Positions 41,316 to 50,921 of a stretch of 64,000 bases of DNA are shown piece after piece. The notes under the pieces were generated by a model that had not been told where the DNA came from, did not search any database, and was given only the letters and a program-made list of their open reading frames with translations. The translations under genes were made by a program, and so were the position numbers. This stretch comes from Acidobacteriota bacterium (GTDB lineage Bacteria; Acidobacteriota; UBA6911; JACQSX01): assembly GCA_036507075.1 (NCBI GenBank), contig DASXQR010000152.1:32001-96000 (forward strand). The letters are read 5' to 3'. Position 1 is the first letter of the stretch. Each line of letters starts with the position of its first letter.

Positions 41316-41983
41316 GGAACGATTCCCCGGTAGGGATTGGGCGGCTGGGCGCGGCCGGGGACCGGCTGCGGGGTGCCAAACGGAGTCACTGCCCCAGGCA
41401 GGCCCTGGTTCTGAACCTGGCGCAGGCCAACGGGCTTCAGGCAACTCAAGCGATACAATTTGCCGTTCTTGTCATTTTTGTAAATCACGTCGACGCGCAC
41501 GTTGAGCAGCTTCAGGGGAAAGGGCTGCTGCGGATCCCAGCGGGACATTTCGGGAATCTGGTAATCCTGGACCTCTGCCACCCAGCGGAAATTTTCATCC
41601 AGGTCGTCGTGCCGCGTCATTGGGCCTTTGATGGTTTCATCCGACAGAATCTCGTTCATCACGTTTTCGGCGTGATTCATGGCCTGGCCTGCGAGATCGA
41701 TCTTCCTTACATTCTTGATGGCGCCGGAAAAGAGCTGCAGCGCCAGCGTGATGCCCACGCTGACAACAGCCAGCGCCACGACGATTTCCAACAGGCTGAA
41801 CCCGGAACTGAACCGCCAAGAGCGCCAAGAACGCGAAGCGCATTGATTCATCCTGTCTATTGACTGGGGGGTGTCATTTTCAAAACGACAGCTCGTCGGC
41901 AGCGCCATTTTGTTGGTACTTGCACGATGTGATCTCATTATTCTTTGCGTTCCTGGCGCTCTTGGCGGTTTACTCGTTCTCAT
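41312..41983 (-). CDS. gspI: Minor pseudopilin GspI-like; leader contains a family D element
   Basis: G|FSLLEI motif; ATGA overlap with the gspH stop; alternative ATG at 41851. Confidence 0.75.
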   Translation of the reverse strand: MRTSKPPRAPGTQRIMRSHRASTNKMALPTSCRFENDTPQSIDRMNQCASRSWRSWRFSSGFSLLEIVVALAVVSVGITLALQLFSGAIKNVRKIDLAGQAMNHAENVMNEILSDETIKGPMTRHDDLDENFRWVAEVQDYQIPEMSRWDPQQPFPLKLLNVRVDVIYKNDKNGKLYRLSCLKPVGLRQVQNQGLPGAVTPFGTPQPVPGRAQPPNPYRGIVP

Positions 41984-42486
41984 CTCTGCTCCCTGGGCAC
42001 GATCAGTCTGGCCGTACCGGTGAGCAGCTCGGTTTTGATCAGCACCTTGCGGCCCCGGTTGTTTTTAAGCCAGACCTCGGCTTCGTCAGCCCGCCCGTTG
42101 GGATAAAAATTGATGAAGAGCACCTGCTCGTGATCGTCGTTTCCCTCGTATTTGACGGCATCGATCTGAATTTCATCGGTCAGTTCGAAATCCCGCACCT
42201 TCTCGTGATAGGCGTCGGCCAGAAAAATCCTGTTTTTGTCCCGCTCCACGGCAACTCGATAAACGCTTTGCTGCCCCACGGCAAGAATACGCGCGCTCCG
42301 GCACAGGGTGGCCAGGTCGCGCCCTTTCGCCTCCAACCGCATCCCGGACAACCCGGTGCGCATGGAAGGCATCACCACAGCCCCGGCAATGCTGACGATC
42401 AGCAGAACCACGATCACCTCGAGCAGCGAAAAGCCACTCGGATTCCGGATTGAAGACTGCGGATTGTGGATTGGCTTTGACAACAT
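41980..42486 (-). CDS. gspH: Minor pseudopilin GspH-like
   Basis: G|FSLLEVIVV and FYPNG motifs. Confidence 0.78.
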   Translation of the reverse strand: MLSKPIHNPQSSIRNPSGFSLLEVIVVLLIVSIAGAVVMPSMRTGLSGMRLEAKGRDLATLCRSARILAVGQQSVYRVAVERDKNRIFLADAYHEKVRDFELTDEIQIDAVKYEGNDDHEQVLFINFYPNGRADEAEVWLKNNRGRKVLIKTELLTGTARLIVPREQR

Positions 42487-42492
42487 ACTGTT

Positions 42493-42969
42493 TTAACGCT
42501 GCGCTCGCCTTACCGGAGCGGGGATGTCCGCATTAATGCCATCGCCCCCTTCTTTGCCGTCTGCCCCCAGGCTGAGGAGATCAAATTCGCTGCGCCTGCC
42601 CGGAATGCGATAAGCGTATTCGTGATCCCATGGGTCCAGCGGAATTTCTGACTTCAAATACGGTCCGTCCCAGCTTGGAATATTGCCCACATTTTCATAC
42701 AACACTCGCAACCCTTCCTGGTCCGTGGGATAGCGCCCAACATCGATACGAAAACCTTCCAGAGCTGTATCGAACACCCGGATCTGAGTATTGGCGCTGG
42801 CCACCTTGGCCTTATCCACATTTTTGATTACCTTCAAGCTCACAATTGCAGCCAGCAAACCAAGAATGACTAACACCACGATCAATTCAATGAGCGAGAA
42901 CCCCCGATTCACCCTTCGATCCACCATTCTCCCCATCATTTTCCCTCTCTCCGTCTCTCCCTCCATCAC
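42493..42969 (-). CDS. gspG: Major pseudopilin, copy 2
   Basis: G|FSLIEL, DVGRYPT, WDGPYL, DPW, SLGADG. Confidence 0.92.
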   Translation of the reverse strand: MMEGETERGKMMGRMVDRRVNRGFSLIELIVVLVILGLLAAIVSLKVIKNVDKAKVASANTQIRVFDTALEGFRIDVGRYPTDQEGLRVLYENVGNIPSWDGPYLKSEIPLDPWDHEYAYRIPGRRSEFDLLSLGADGKEGGDGINADIPAPVRRAQR

Positions 42970-43126
42970 AGGTCACCTTCCACAACGATAACCAGAAGTG
43001 ACACATCGAGGGTCCGCTTGCTGACGCGCGCGGTTCGGCCGGTGCTCCCATCCACCGCCTCCTGCCTCCTGCTTCCTGCCTCCTGCTTCCTGCCTCCTGC
43101 CTCCATCTCTCCCTCTCACTTCCCTT

Positions 43127-43573
43127 TCACTTCCCTTCATTCCACGATGTGATGTCGCTGTTGTCTGCTTCGCCGCCTTCCTGGCCGTCGGCGCCCAGTG
43201 AATAGAGATCAAATTCGCCGTGCTGGCCGGGAGAGCGATAAATGTATTCGCGCGCCCACGGATCCTTGGGTACTCCCTTTTTCAGGTAAGGCCCGCTCCA
43301 GTTTGGAATATTGCCCACATTTTCTTTCAGCGCCCGGAGGCCTTCCTCGCCGGTCGGGTAACGGCCCACATCAAAATTAAAGAGATCCAGGGCCTCCTCC
43401 AACTCGGTGATCTGCATCTTGGCAATCTGTGAACGACTTCCTTTGAGCCTGTTCATTACTTTGGGACCAACTACTGCAGCCAGCAGGCCCAGAATAACGA
43501 GCACCACAATCAGTTCGATCAGCGAGAAGCCTCTTTGGGCGTTGTTAACTTTCTTATCCTTAAAGTTCACCAT
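43127..43573 (-). CDS. gspG: Major pseudopilin, copy 1
   Basis: G|FSLIEL, DVGRYPT, WSGPYL, DPW, SLGADG; RBS AAGGAG. Confidence 0.94.
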   Translation of the reverse strand: MVNFKDKKVNNAQRGFSLIELIVVLVILGLLAAVVGPKVMNRLKGSRSQIAKMQITELEEALDLFNFDVGRYPTGEEGLRALKENVGNIPNWSGPYLKKGVPKDPWAREYIYRSPGQHGEFDLYSLGADGQEGGEADNSDITSWNEGK

Positions 43574-43594
43574 GGTTCTCCTTAACTTCCCTTT

Positions 43595-43865
43595 GGTCAG
43601 TGGTCAGTTGTCAGTTGTGGTCAGTTGTCCGTTGTTATCGGGTTATCAGGTTATCGGGTTATCGGGTTACGGGTTCAAAGTTACGGGTTACAGCGAATTT
43701 CAAAATTGAAGATTTTGGAGTCGCCAAACCATTCTCAATTTTCAATTTTTCAACCCGCAACCCGTAACCCGTCAACCCGTAACCCGAAAACCCGCAACCC
43801 GTCAAACCTTAAGTCGTTAACCCGAATTCCGCTAACAACGAACCACTGACAACGGACAACGGACC
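43595..43865. repeat. Triply nested inverted microsatellite tracts
   Basis: GTCAGTT / CGGGTTA / AAATTG layers mirrored by CAATTTT / TAACCCG / CAACGGA. Confidence 0.85.
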
Positions 43866-43866
43866 C

Positions 43867-45087
43867 CTAAAGGGGTATATCGTTGATGCTGAAGATCGCC
43901 ATCAGCATGGAAACCACCATCGTTCCAATGATCAGACCCATCACCAGAATAATCGCCGGTTCAAAAAAAGCGATCAGGCTCTTGACTGAAGATCTCACTT
44001 CCTTGTCATAAGTATCGGCAACCTGCAACATCATCGCATCGAGGTTTCCCGTTTCCTCGCCGACTTCGACCAGATGGAGAGCAAAGGGAGGAAACACATT
44101 GGCGGCCCGGATCGGGCCGGAGATTCCTTCGCCTTTCTTTATTCCCGATTTGATCGCGTCCATGCTCGACGCGATCGCCTGGTTGTTGACAATCTCCTTG
44201 ACGATGGTCATCGAGTTAAGCAGCGGCACGGCGCTGCGCAACAGAATGCCAAGCGTGCGGCTGAAGCGCGCTACCTCCATTTTGTGCATCAAAGGCCCAA
44301 TCATCGGCAGCGTCAGCAACCTGCGGTCCCAGTTCAAGCGGCCTTCTTCGGTCCCCAGATATCGCTTCACAATATAGAAGATAAGCGCCGCTCCACCGAT
44401 CAACGCCCACCACCAGGCTCGCAGGAAATTGCTGATGCCAAGCATGATCTTCATCGGCAAAGGCATGGGTGCGCCGGCGTTTTCGAAAACCAGCGAGAAC
44501 TGGGGAATTACAAACAGCACTAGAACCACAATCGAGCTGAGAGCCACCGTCATCAGCAGTACCGGATAAATCATCGAGGAGAAAAAATACTTCTTCAAAT
44601 CCTGAGCGCTCTCCAGGTATTCAGCCAGCCGTTCCAGGATATCGGGAAGCACTCCGCCGGTCTCGCCGGCCCGGATCATGTTGACGTAGATTTTGGGAAA
44701 GGCGCGCGGGTGTTTTCCCATGGCATCGGCCAGGGATCTGCCGCCTCGAACCTCGTCCAGCACGTCTCGAATGATTTCACGGACGCGAGGCTTCTCAGAA
44801 AGACTGGTGAGAATGGTGAGTGACCGGTCCAGCGGCAGGCCGGCTTTTACCAGAGTTCCCAGTTCCTGGGTGAAAATCAGCAAATCCTTCCCGCTGACTT
44901 TTCCCTGGCCGCGGGAAAATGAAAAGAGCCGTCGAAACGCGGGCGTGTTCTCGTCGCTGGCAACTCTAATGGGCAGGTATCCCTGATCGCGCAGCGCGTC
45001 AAGCACGCTGCGATCATCGAGCCCCTCGAGGGTCCCCTCGATCACGCGTCCATCTACGGTCAATGCTTTGTAGTTGTAGCTAGCCAT
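43867..45087 (-). CDS. gspF: T2SS inner-membrane platform protein
   Basis: LVKAGLPL, AGETGG, MIYP, VGEETG, FEP. Confidence 0.94.
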   Translation of the reverse strand: MASYNYKALTVDGRVIEGTLEGLDDRSVLDALRDQGYLPIRVASDENTPAFRRLFSFSRGQGKVSGKDLLIFTQELGTLVKAGLPLDRSLTILTSLSEKPRVREIIRDVLDEVRGGRSLADAMGKHPRAFPKIYVNMIRAGETGGVLPDILERLAEYLESAQDLKKYFFSSMIYPVLLMTVALSSIVVLVLFVIPQFSLVFENAGAPMPLPMKIMLGISNFLRAWWWALIGGAALIFYIVKRYLGTEEGRLNWDRRLLTLPMIGPLMHKMEVARFSRTLGILLRSAVPLLNSMTIVKEIVNNQAIASSMDAIKSGIKKGEGISGPIRAANVFPPFALHLVEVGEETGNLDAMMLQVADTYDKEVRSSVKSLIAFFEPAIILVMGLIIGTMVVSMLMAIFSINDIPL

Positions 45088-45098
45088 ATCTACGTTTA

Positions 45099-45251
45099 GT
45101 TGCGGGTTACGGGTTTACGGGTTCCGGGTTGTTGCCCGCATGAAACTTTAAGCCTTGCACTTAAGCGCTGGTCAGTTGCACGCTGCAAGTCGCGGTATTG
45201 AATGCGTGTTGGCCATGTCAACCCGCAACTCGGAACCCCGGAACCCGCAAA
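45099..45251. repeat. Inverted CGGGTTA / AACCCGC tracts between gspE and gspF
   Basis: Directly visible. Confidence 0.75.
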
Positions 45252-45264
45252 CGCGGCGCAGCCT

Positions 45265-46989
45265 CTAGGTCTCCTGCGTTACCCGCAGCACCTCCGAAAC
45301 GGTTGTGATGCCCTGGCGCGCTTTGTCCCAGCCATCTTCTCGCAGGCCGCGCATTCCATTCTGTGCCGCTTGCTTGCGCAGCGTATTGCTGTCGGCTTCC
45401 GTGATGGTCAGATGGCGGATGTCGTCATCCATCAACATCAGCTCAAAAATTCCAATCCGGCCGCTATAGCCCGTCCCGCTGCACTCTTTGCATCCCTGGC
45501 CCTGGTACGTGATGGTTGATTCGCCATTCTTGTTCATTCCGATTTCACGCAGGAACGCAGGATCATTCTGCACTTCCGCCTTGCACTTCTCGCAGATCAC
45601 CCGCACCAGACGCTGCGCCAGAACGCCCAGGATTGAAGACGACAGAAGGTAATCTTCCGCGCCCATATCCACCAGACGCGCAATCGCGCTGGGAGCATCG
45701 TTTGTGTGAAGCGTGCTGAACACCAGATGTCCGGTGAGCGCGGCCCGGATGGCGATTTCGGCCGTTTCCAGGTCGCGGATTTCCCCCACCATGATTACAT
45801 CCGGGTCCTGGCGCACGATCGAACGCAATCCGGCGGCAAAGGTCAGCCCGATCTGCGGATTAACATGGATCTGGTTGATTCCGTTGATCTGGTACTCGAT
45901 GGGATCCTCGATGGTGATGATTTTCTTGTCGGGCAGATTGATTTTGGTAAGCGCTCCGTAAAGCGTTGTCGTTTTGCCCGAGCCGGTGGGACCGGTCACC
46001 AGAATAATGCCGTGAGGGCGCGCAACCAGGTTCACGAACATCTTGAAAGTGTCAGCGGCGAAGCCGAGCCGGTTGAGATCGTAAATTTGCGTGTTGCTTT
46101 TATCGAGAATACGCATCACCACGCTTTCGCCGTACAGCGTCGGCACGGTGGAAACACGCAGGTCAATTTCCCGCCCCAGCACCTTCATTTTGATGCGCCC
46201 GTCCTGCGGGATTCGCCGCTCGGCGATATTCAGCTTGGCCATGATTTTGATGCGTGAGATCACGGCCGCCTTGAGCTTCTTTGGGGGCGATTCCACGTCA
46301 TGCAGGATACCGTCGATTCGATACCGGACTTTCAGTTCCTTTTCGAAAGGCTCAATATGTATGTCGCTCGCCCTGCTTTCAATCGCCTTGCTGATGAGCA
46401 GATTGACCAGCCGGATGACGGGAGCTTCGGACGCCATGTCCTTCAGGTGCTCCACATCGTCCATGTCTTCTGCGAGCGCCTCCCGGTCGCCTTCGTCAAA
46501 TCCCTCGACGATGCGCCCCAGCACGGTGCTTTGATTGCCGTAAAATTTCTCTATCACGTCCTGAATTTCGTTATCGGCCGCCAGTACTTCTTTGAGCTTC
46601 TGATAGCCGGTGTAAAGCCGGATGGAATCCAGAGTGGCGTAATCGAGCGGGTCATTCATCGCCACCACCAGCGTGCCGTCATCCAGTATGTTGATCGGCA
46701 CAAACTTGTTCTGGCGCATGAAGCGGGCATTGAAGGTATTTTCCAGAATGGGAACTTTGGGCCAGTCTTCCTCCGTCATCACGGGAATTCCCAGATGGTC
46801 GCCCAATACATGAATCAGGTCCTTGTCGGAAAGGGCGCCCAGATCAACCAGGATCTTGCCGATCTTGTCGCGCGATGTCTTCTGCACGCCCAGTGCGGTC
46901 TTGACTTCCTCCTCTGACACAAGGCCGCGACGGACCAGTTCCTGTCCGAATAGTTTTCGCTGTCTTAACTCAGCTAGTCTGACTGCCAT
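45265..46989 (-). CDS. gspE: T2SS ATPase
   Basis: ASDIHIEP, GPTGSGKTT, RQDPD, LTGHLVFSTLH, Cys4 motif. Confidence 0.95.
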   Translation of the reverse strand: MAVRLAELRQRKLFGQELVRRGLVSEEEVKTALGVQKTSRDKIGKILVDLGALSDKDLIHVLGDHLGIPVMTEEDWPKVPILENTFNARFMRQNKFVPINILDDGTLVVAMNDPLDYATLDSIRLYTGYQKLKEVLAADNEIQDVIEKFYGNQSTVLGRIVEGFDEGDREALAEDMDDVEHLKDMASEAPVIRLVNLLISKAIESRASDIHIEPFEKELKVRYRIDGILHDVESPPKKLKAAVISRIKIMAKLNIAERRIPQDGRIKMKVLGREIDLRVSTVPTLYGESVVMRILDKSNTQIYDLNRLGFAADTFKMFVNLVARPHGIILVTGPTGSGKTTTLYGALTKINLPDKKIITIEDPIEYQINGINQIHVNPQIGLTFAAGLRSIVRQDPDVIMVGEIRDLETAEIAIRAALTGHLVFSTLHTNDAPSAIARLVDMGAEDYLLSSSILGVLAQRLVRVICEKCKAEVQNDPAFLREIGMNKNGESTITYQGQGCKECSGTGYSGRIGIFELMLMDDDIRHLTITEADSNTLRKQAAQNGMRGLREDGWDKARQGITTVSEVLRVTQET

Positions 46990-46993
46990 AATT

Positions 46994-47548
46994 TCAGTAT
47001 TCGACCAACTCCACTTTTTCGCGAAACTGGCGAGAATCAATTTTTTTTGAACTGTAATCCACCAACGCCTTCTTGGAGACTCGAAACACCAGCACTTCTT
47101 CCTTTTGACTGGGCACCAGCGCCGTGCGGTCTTCCAGGTGAGCGGAAACCGCAAAACTTTCATCGGTGTTCAACTGCGTGAGTGCGTTTCCGTAATCGCC
47201 GAGCAGCTTTAAAATTGTTTCTCTCACCATGCGGATCTTTTCCGCCCGCGTGCGCGGATTGCTTGGAAATTTCTTCACGCCAAAGGGGGTGACGATCTCG
47301 TCCCGGTTGATATTGAGCAGGAACGTGAAGTTCACGCCGAAGCCGGGAAGATAGGAGCCCTTGGGATCATTCACCAGCGCCATTGGATGGTTGAATTCAT
47401 TCTTCAACGCGGTCTGCAGGATCCCCTCGAATATTTGAATTTCATTGCGCATCTGCCGAAGTTCGACCGAATTTCGCGCAAGCAGCAGGCCCGGAGAAAG
47501 AAGCATCAACCCTGATATGGAGACGATTTTTAAAGCTCTAAGTTTCAT
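46994..47548 (-). CDS. Secreted hypothetical protein
   Basis: Signal peptide; GSYLPGFGV motif; lies between the anti-sigma gene and gspE. Confidence 0.7.
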   Translation of the reverse strand: MKLRALKIVSISGLMLLSPGLLLARNSVELRQMRNEIQIFEGILQTALKNEFNHPMALVNDPKGSYLPGFGVNFTFLLNINRDEIVTPFGVKKFPSNPRTRAEKIRMVRETILKLLGDYGNALTQLNTDESFAVSAHLEDRTALVPSQKEEVLVFRVSKKALVDYSSKKIDSRQFREKVELVEY

Positions 47549-47566
47549 AAGTTTCGCCCTCTACTG

Positions 47567-48178
47567 TTATTGCGTGCGATTCTGTGGATTGTCCCAGCGG
47601 GTCTGGACCTGGCGCTGCAGCCCTTGCAGATCATTCTCAATTGCGGTGTGCTCGGTATAATGTCGAGCCTGGGAGTCTTCCCAGACGGCGTACAGCATTT
47701 TCAGCTGGCGCCTCTCGCTGTCCATCATCAGATTGTCCACATATTTAAGCATTTCGCGGTCGCTTAAGCGCCGCTCGCCGGCATCGGCCGTCTGATCCTT
47801 CCACAGCCGGGCCTGAACCGTAAGACCGGCCTCATTCCATTTCACCTGGCTTTGCGTAGCACCCAGCAAACCGACCAGCAGGAGCATTGCGGCAATGGCG
47901 CCCTTTACAGCCATCCAGGGACGGTTCCCGAGGCGCCCGAAACGCAAGATCCTGGGCTGCGAAGAAGACTTGTAGTCAGGCCGCACTCGAAGCTGCCAGT
48001 CGGTCTCTTCGTCGGGCCATTGCTGCAGCAAGGTTCTCGATTCCAGCAGATCGGTGTACTCCTCATGGCAGAACGGACAGTTGTCTACATGACTGAGAAG
48101 GTCCAGTTTTCGGCGCGGTCGAAGCCCCTCTTCGTACACCAGTTCAAGCAATTGATCTTTGCATTCTTCGCAGTGCAT
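47567..48178 (-). CDS. Zinc-binding (HxxxCxxC) anti-sigma factor
   Basis: MHCEEC...HVDNCPFC plus a TM helix; AAGGAG before ATG 48178. Confidence 0.85.
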   Translation of the reverse strand: MHCEECKDQLLELVYEEGLRPRRKLDLLSHVDNCPFCHEEYTDLLESRTLLQQWPDEETDWQLRVRPDYKSSSQPRILRFGRLGNRPWMAVKGAIAAMLLLVGLLGATQSQVKWNEAGLTVQARLWKDQTADAGERRLSDREMLKYVDNLMMDSERRQLKMLYAVWEDSQARHYTEHTAIENDLQGLQRQVQTRWDNPQNRTQ

Positions 48179-48268
48179 GGGCGCAAACTCCTTGGCATTG
48201 GCTTTGTGCTCTTTGTGCCTTTGTGGTGATTTCTTCTCAACCACAAAGACACACAGGACACAAGGGGT

Positions 48269-48856
48269 TTATCTTCGGCTCAATTCCTTTTTCACCAGCA
48301 GCCGCCTGAGCGTCTTTAGCCCCAGATACATGCGCGATTTGGCGGTGCTGAGGGGAACATCCAGGATTTCGGCGATCTCATGAAATCTCAAGCCTTCGTA
48401 CTCTTTCATCAGAATCACCAGACGTTGCTCTTCGGGAATCAACAGAATCACTTCTTTCAGTCTCGCCACACTTTCTTTTCTCTGCAGCCGCTCCTCGGGA
48501 GTCTCCTCGGATTCCGACAAGGCGCGGCGAAGTTCGACTTCCTGGGTTTCCGACTGGTGGTAGATCTCGAGTGGTATGTTCTGCTTTCCCTTTGACCGGC
48601 GAAATGACATCCGGCATTCGTTCAAGGCTATCTTGTAGAGCCACGATGAAAACCGCGCAGCGTCATCCAGTTCCTTGATTTTCAAGAATGACTTGGCGAA
48701 CGTGTTCTGGGTTAAATCCAGCGATTCCTCGTAGTTACCGATGTTCCTGTAGATGAAGTTGAAGATCCGTTTTTGCCAGCGACGGATCAACTCATCAAAA
48801 CTTGATGAGTCTCCCTCCAGGTACTTCTGTACCAGGTACTCATCGCTGAACTCCAT
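48269..48856 (-). CDS. ECF sigma-70 factor
   Basis: DLTQNTF, FSSWLYKIA, EIAEILDVPLSTAKSR. Confidence 0.92.
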   Translation of the reverse strand: MEFSDEYLVQKYLEGDSSSFDELIRRWQKRIFNFIYRNIGNYEESLDLTQNTFAKSFLKIKELDDAARFSSWLYKIALNECRMSFRRSKGKQNIPLEIYHQSETQEVELRRALSESEETPEERLQRKESVARLKEVILLIPEEQRLVILMKEYEGLRFHEIAEILDVPLSTAKSRMYLGLKTLRRLLVKKELSRR

Positions 48857-49055
48857 CAAGGCTCCTTAACAGACGTTAGGATGCGACTTTCGGCAGAAAG
48901 TCTAATATTTCAAGAATTTACGCCAGAACGTAGTTACCCTCGAAGGATCAACTACTTAGCATCGTATTATCGCAGATTAGGCTGGAATAGTGAAAGGAGC
49001 GTCCGCACAACTCAATAATTTTCGTGGATTTCTGGATTGTGCAGTTACGTACGGT

Positions 49056-49331
49056 ATGAATCACCACAAAGACACAAAGATCACAAAGGATCAAGCTAAC
49101 CTTATGTCGAATCGTGTTCTCGGGGCGGCCATCGAAGTCCATCGTCTCCTTGGGCCGGGATTGCTGGAATCGACTTACGAGGCTTGTCTGTGCAGGGAGC
49201 TTTCTGTCCGCGGGATTCAATTCCACCGGCAAGTACCGCTGCCAGTGGTTTACAAGGATGTGAAACCGGACTGCGGGTACCGGATTGACCTGTTAGTTGA
49301 GAATTTACTTATCTTTGTGTCTTTGTGGTGA
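49056..49331 (+). pseudogene. C-terminally truncated GxxExxY (PD-(D/E)xK-like) protein inside a family A element
   Basis: AIEVHRLLGPGLLESTYEACL...YRIDLLVE; bounded by a perfect 21-bp inverted repeat. Confidence 0.85.
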
Positions 49332-49340
49332 AACCAGCTC

Positions 49341-50921
<1,581 letters not shown>

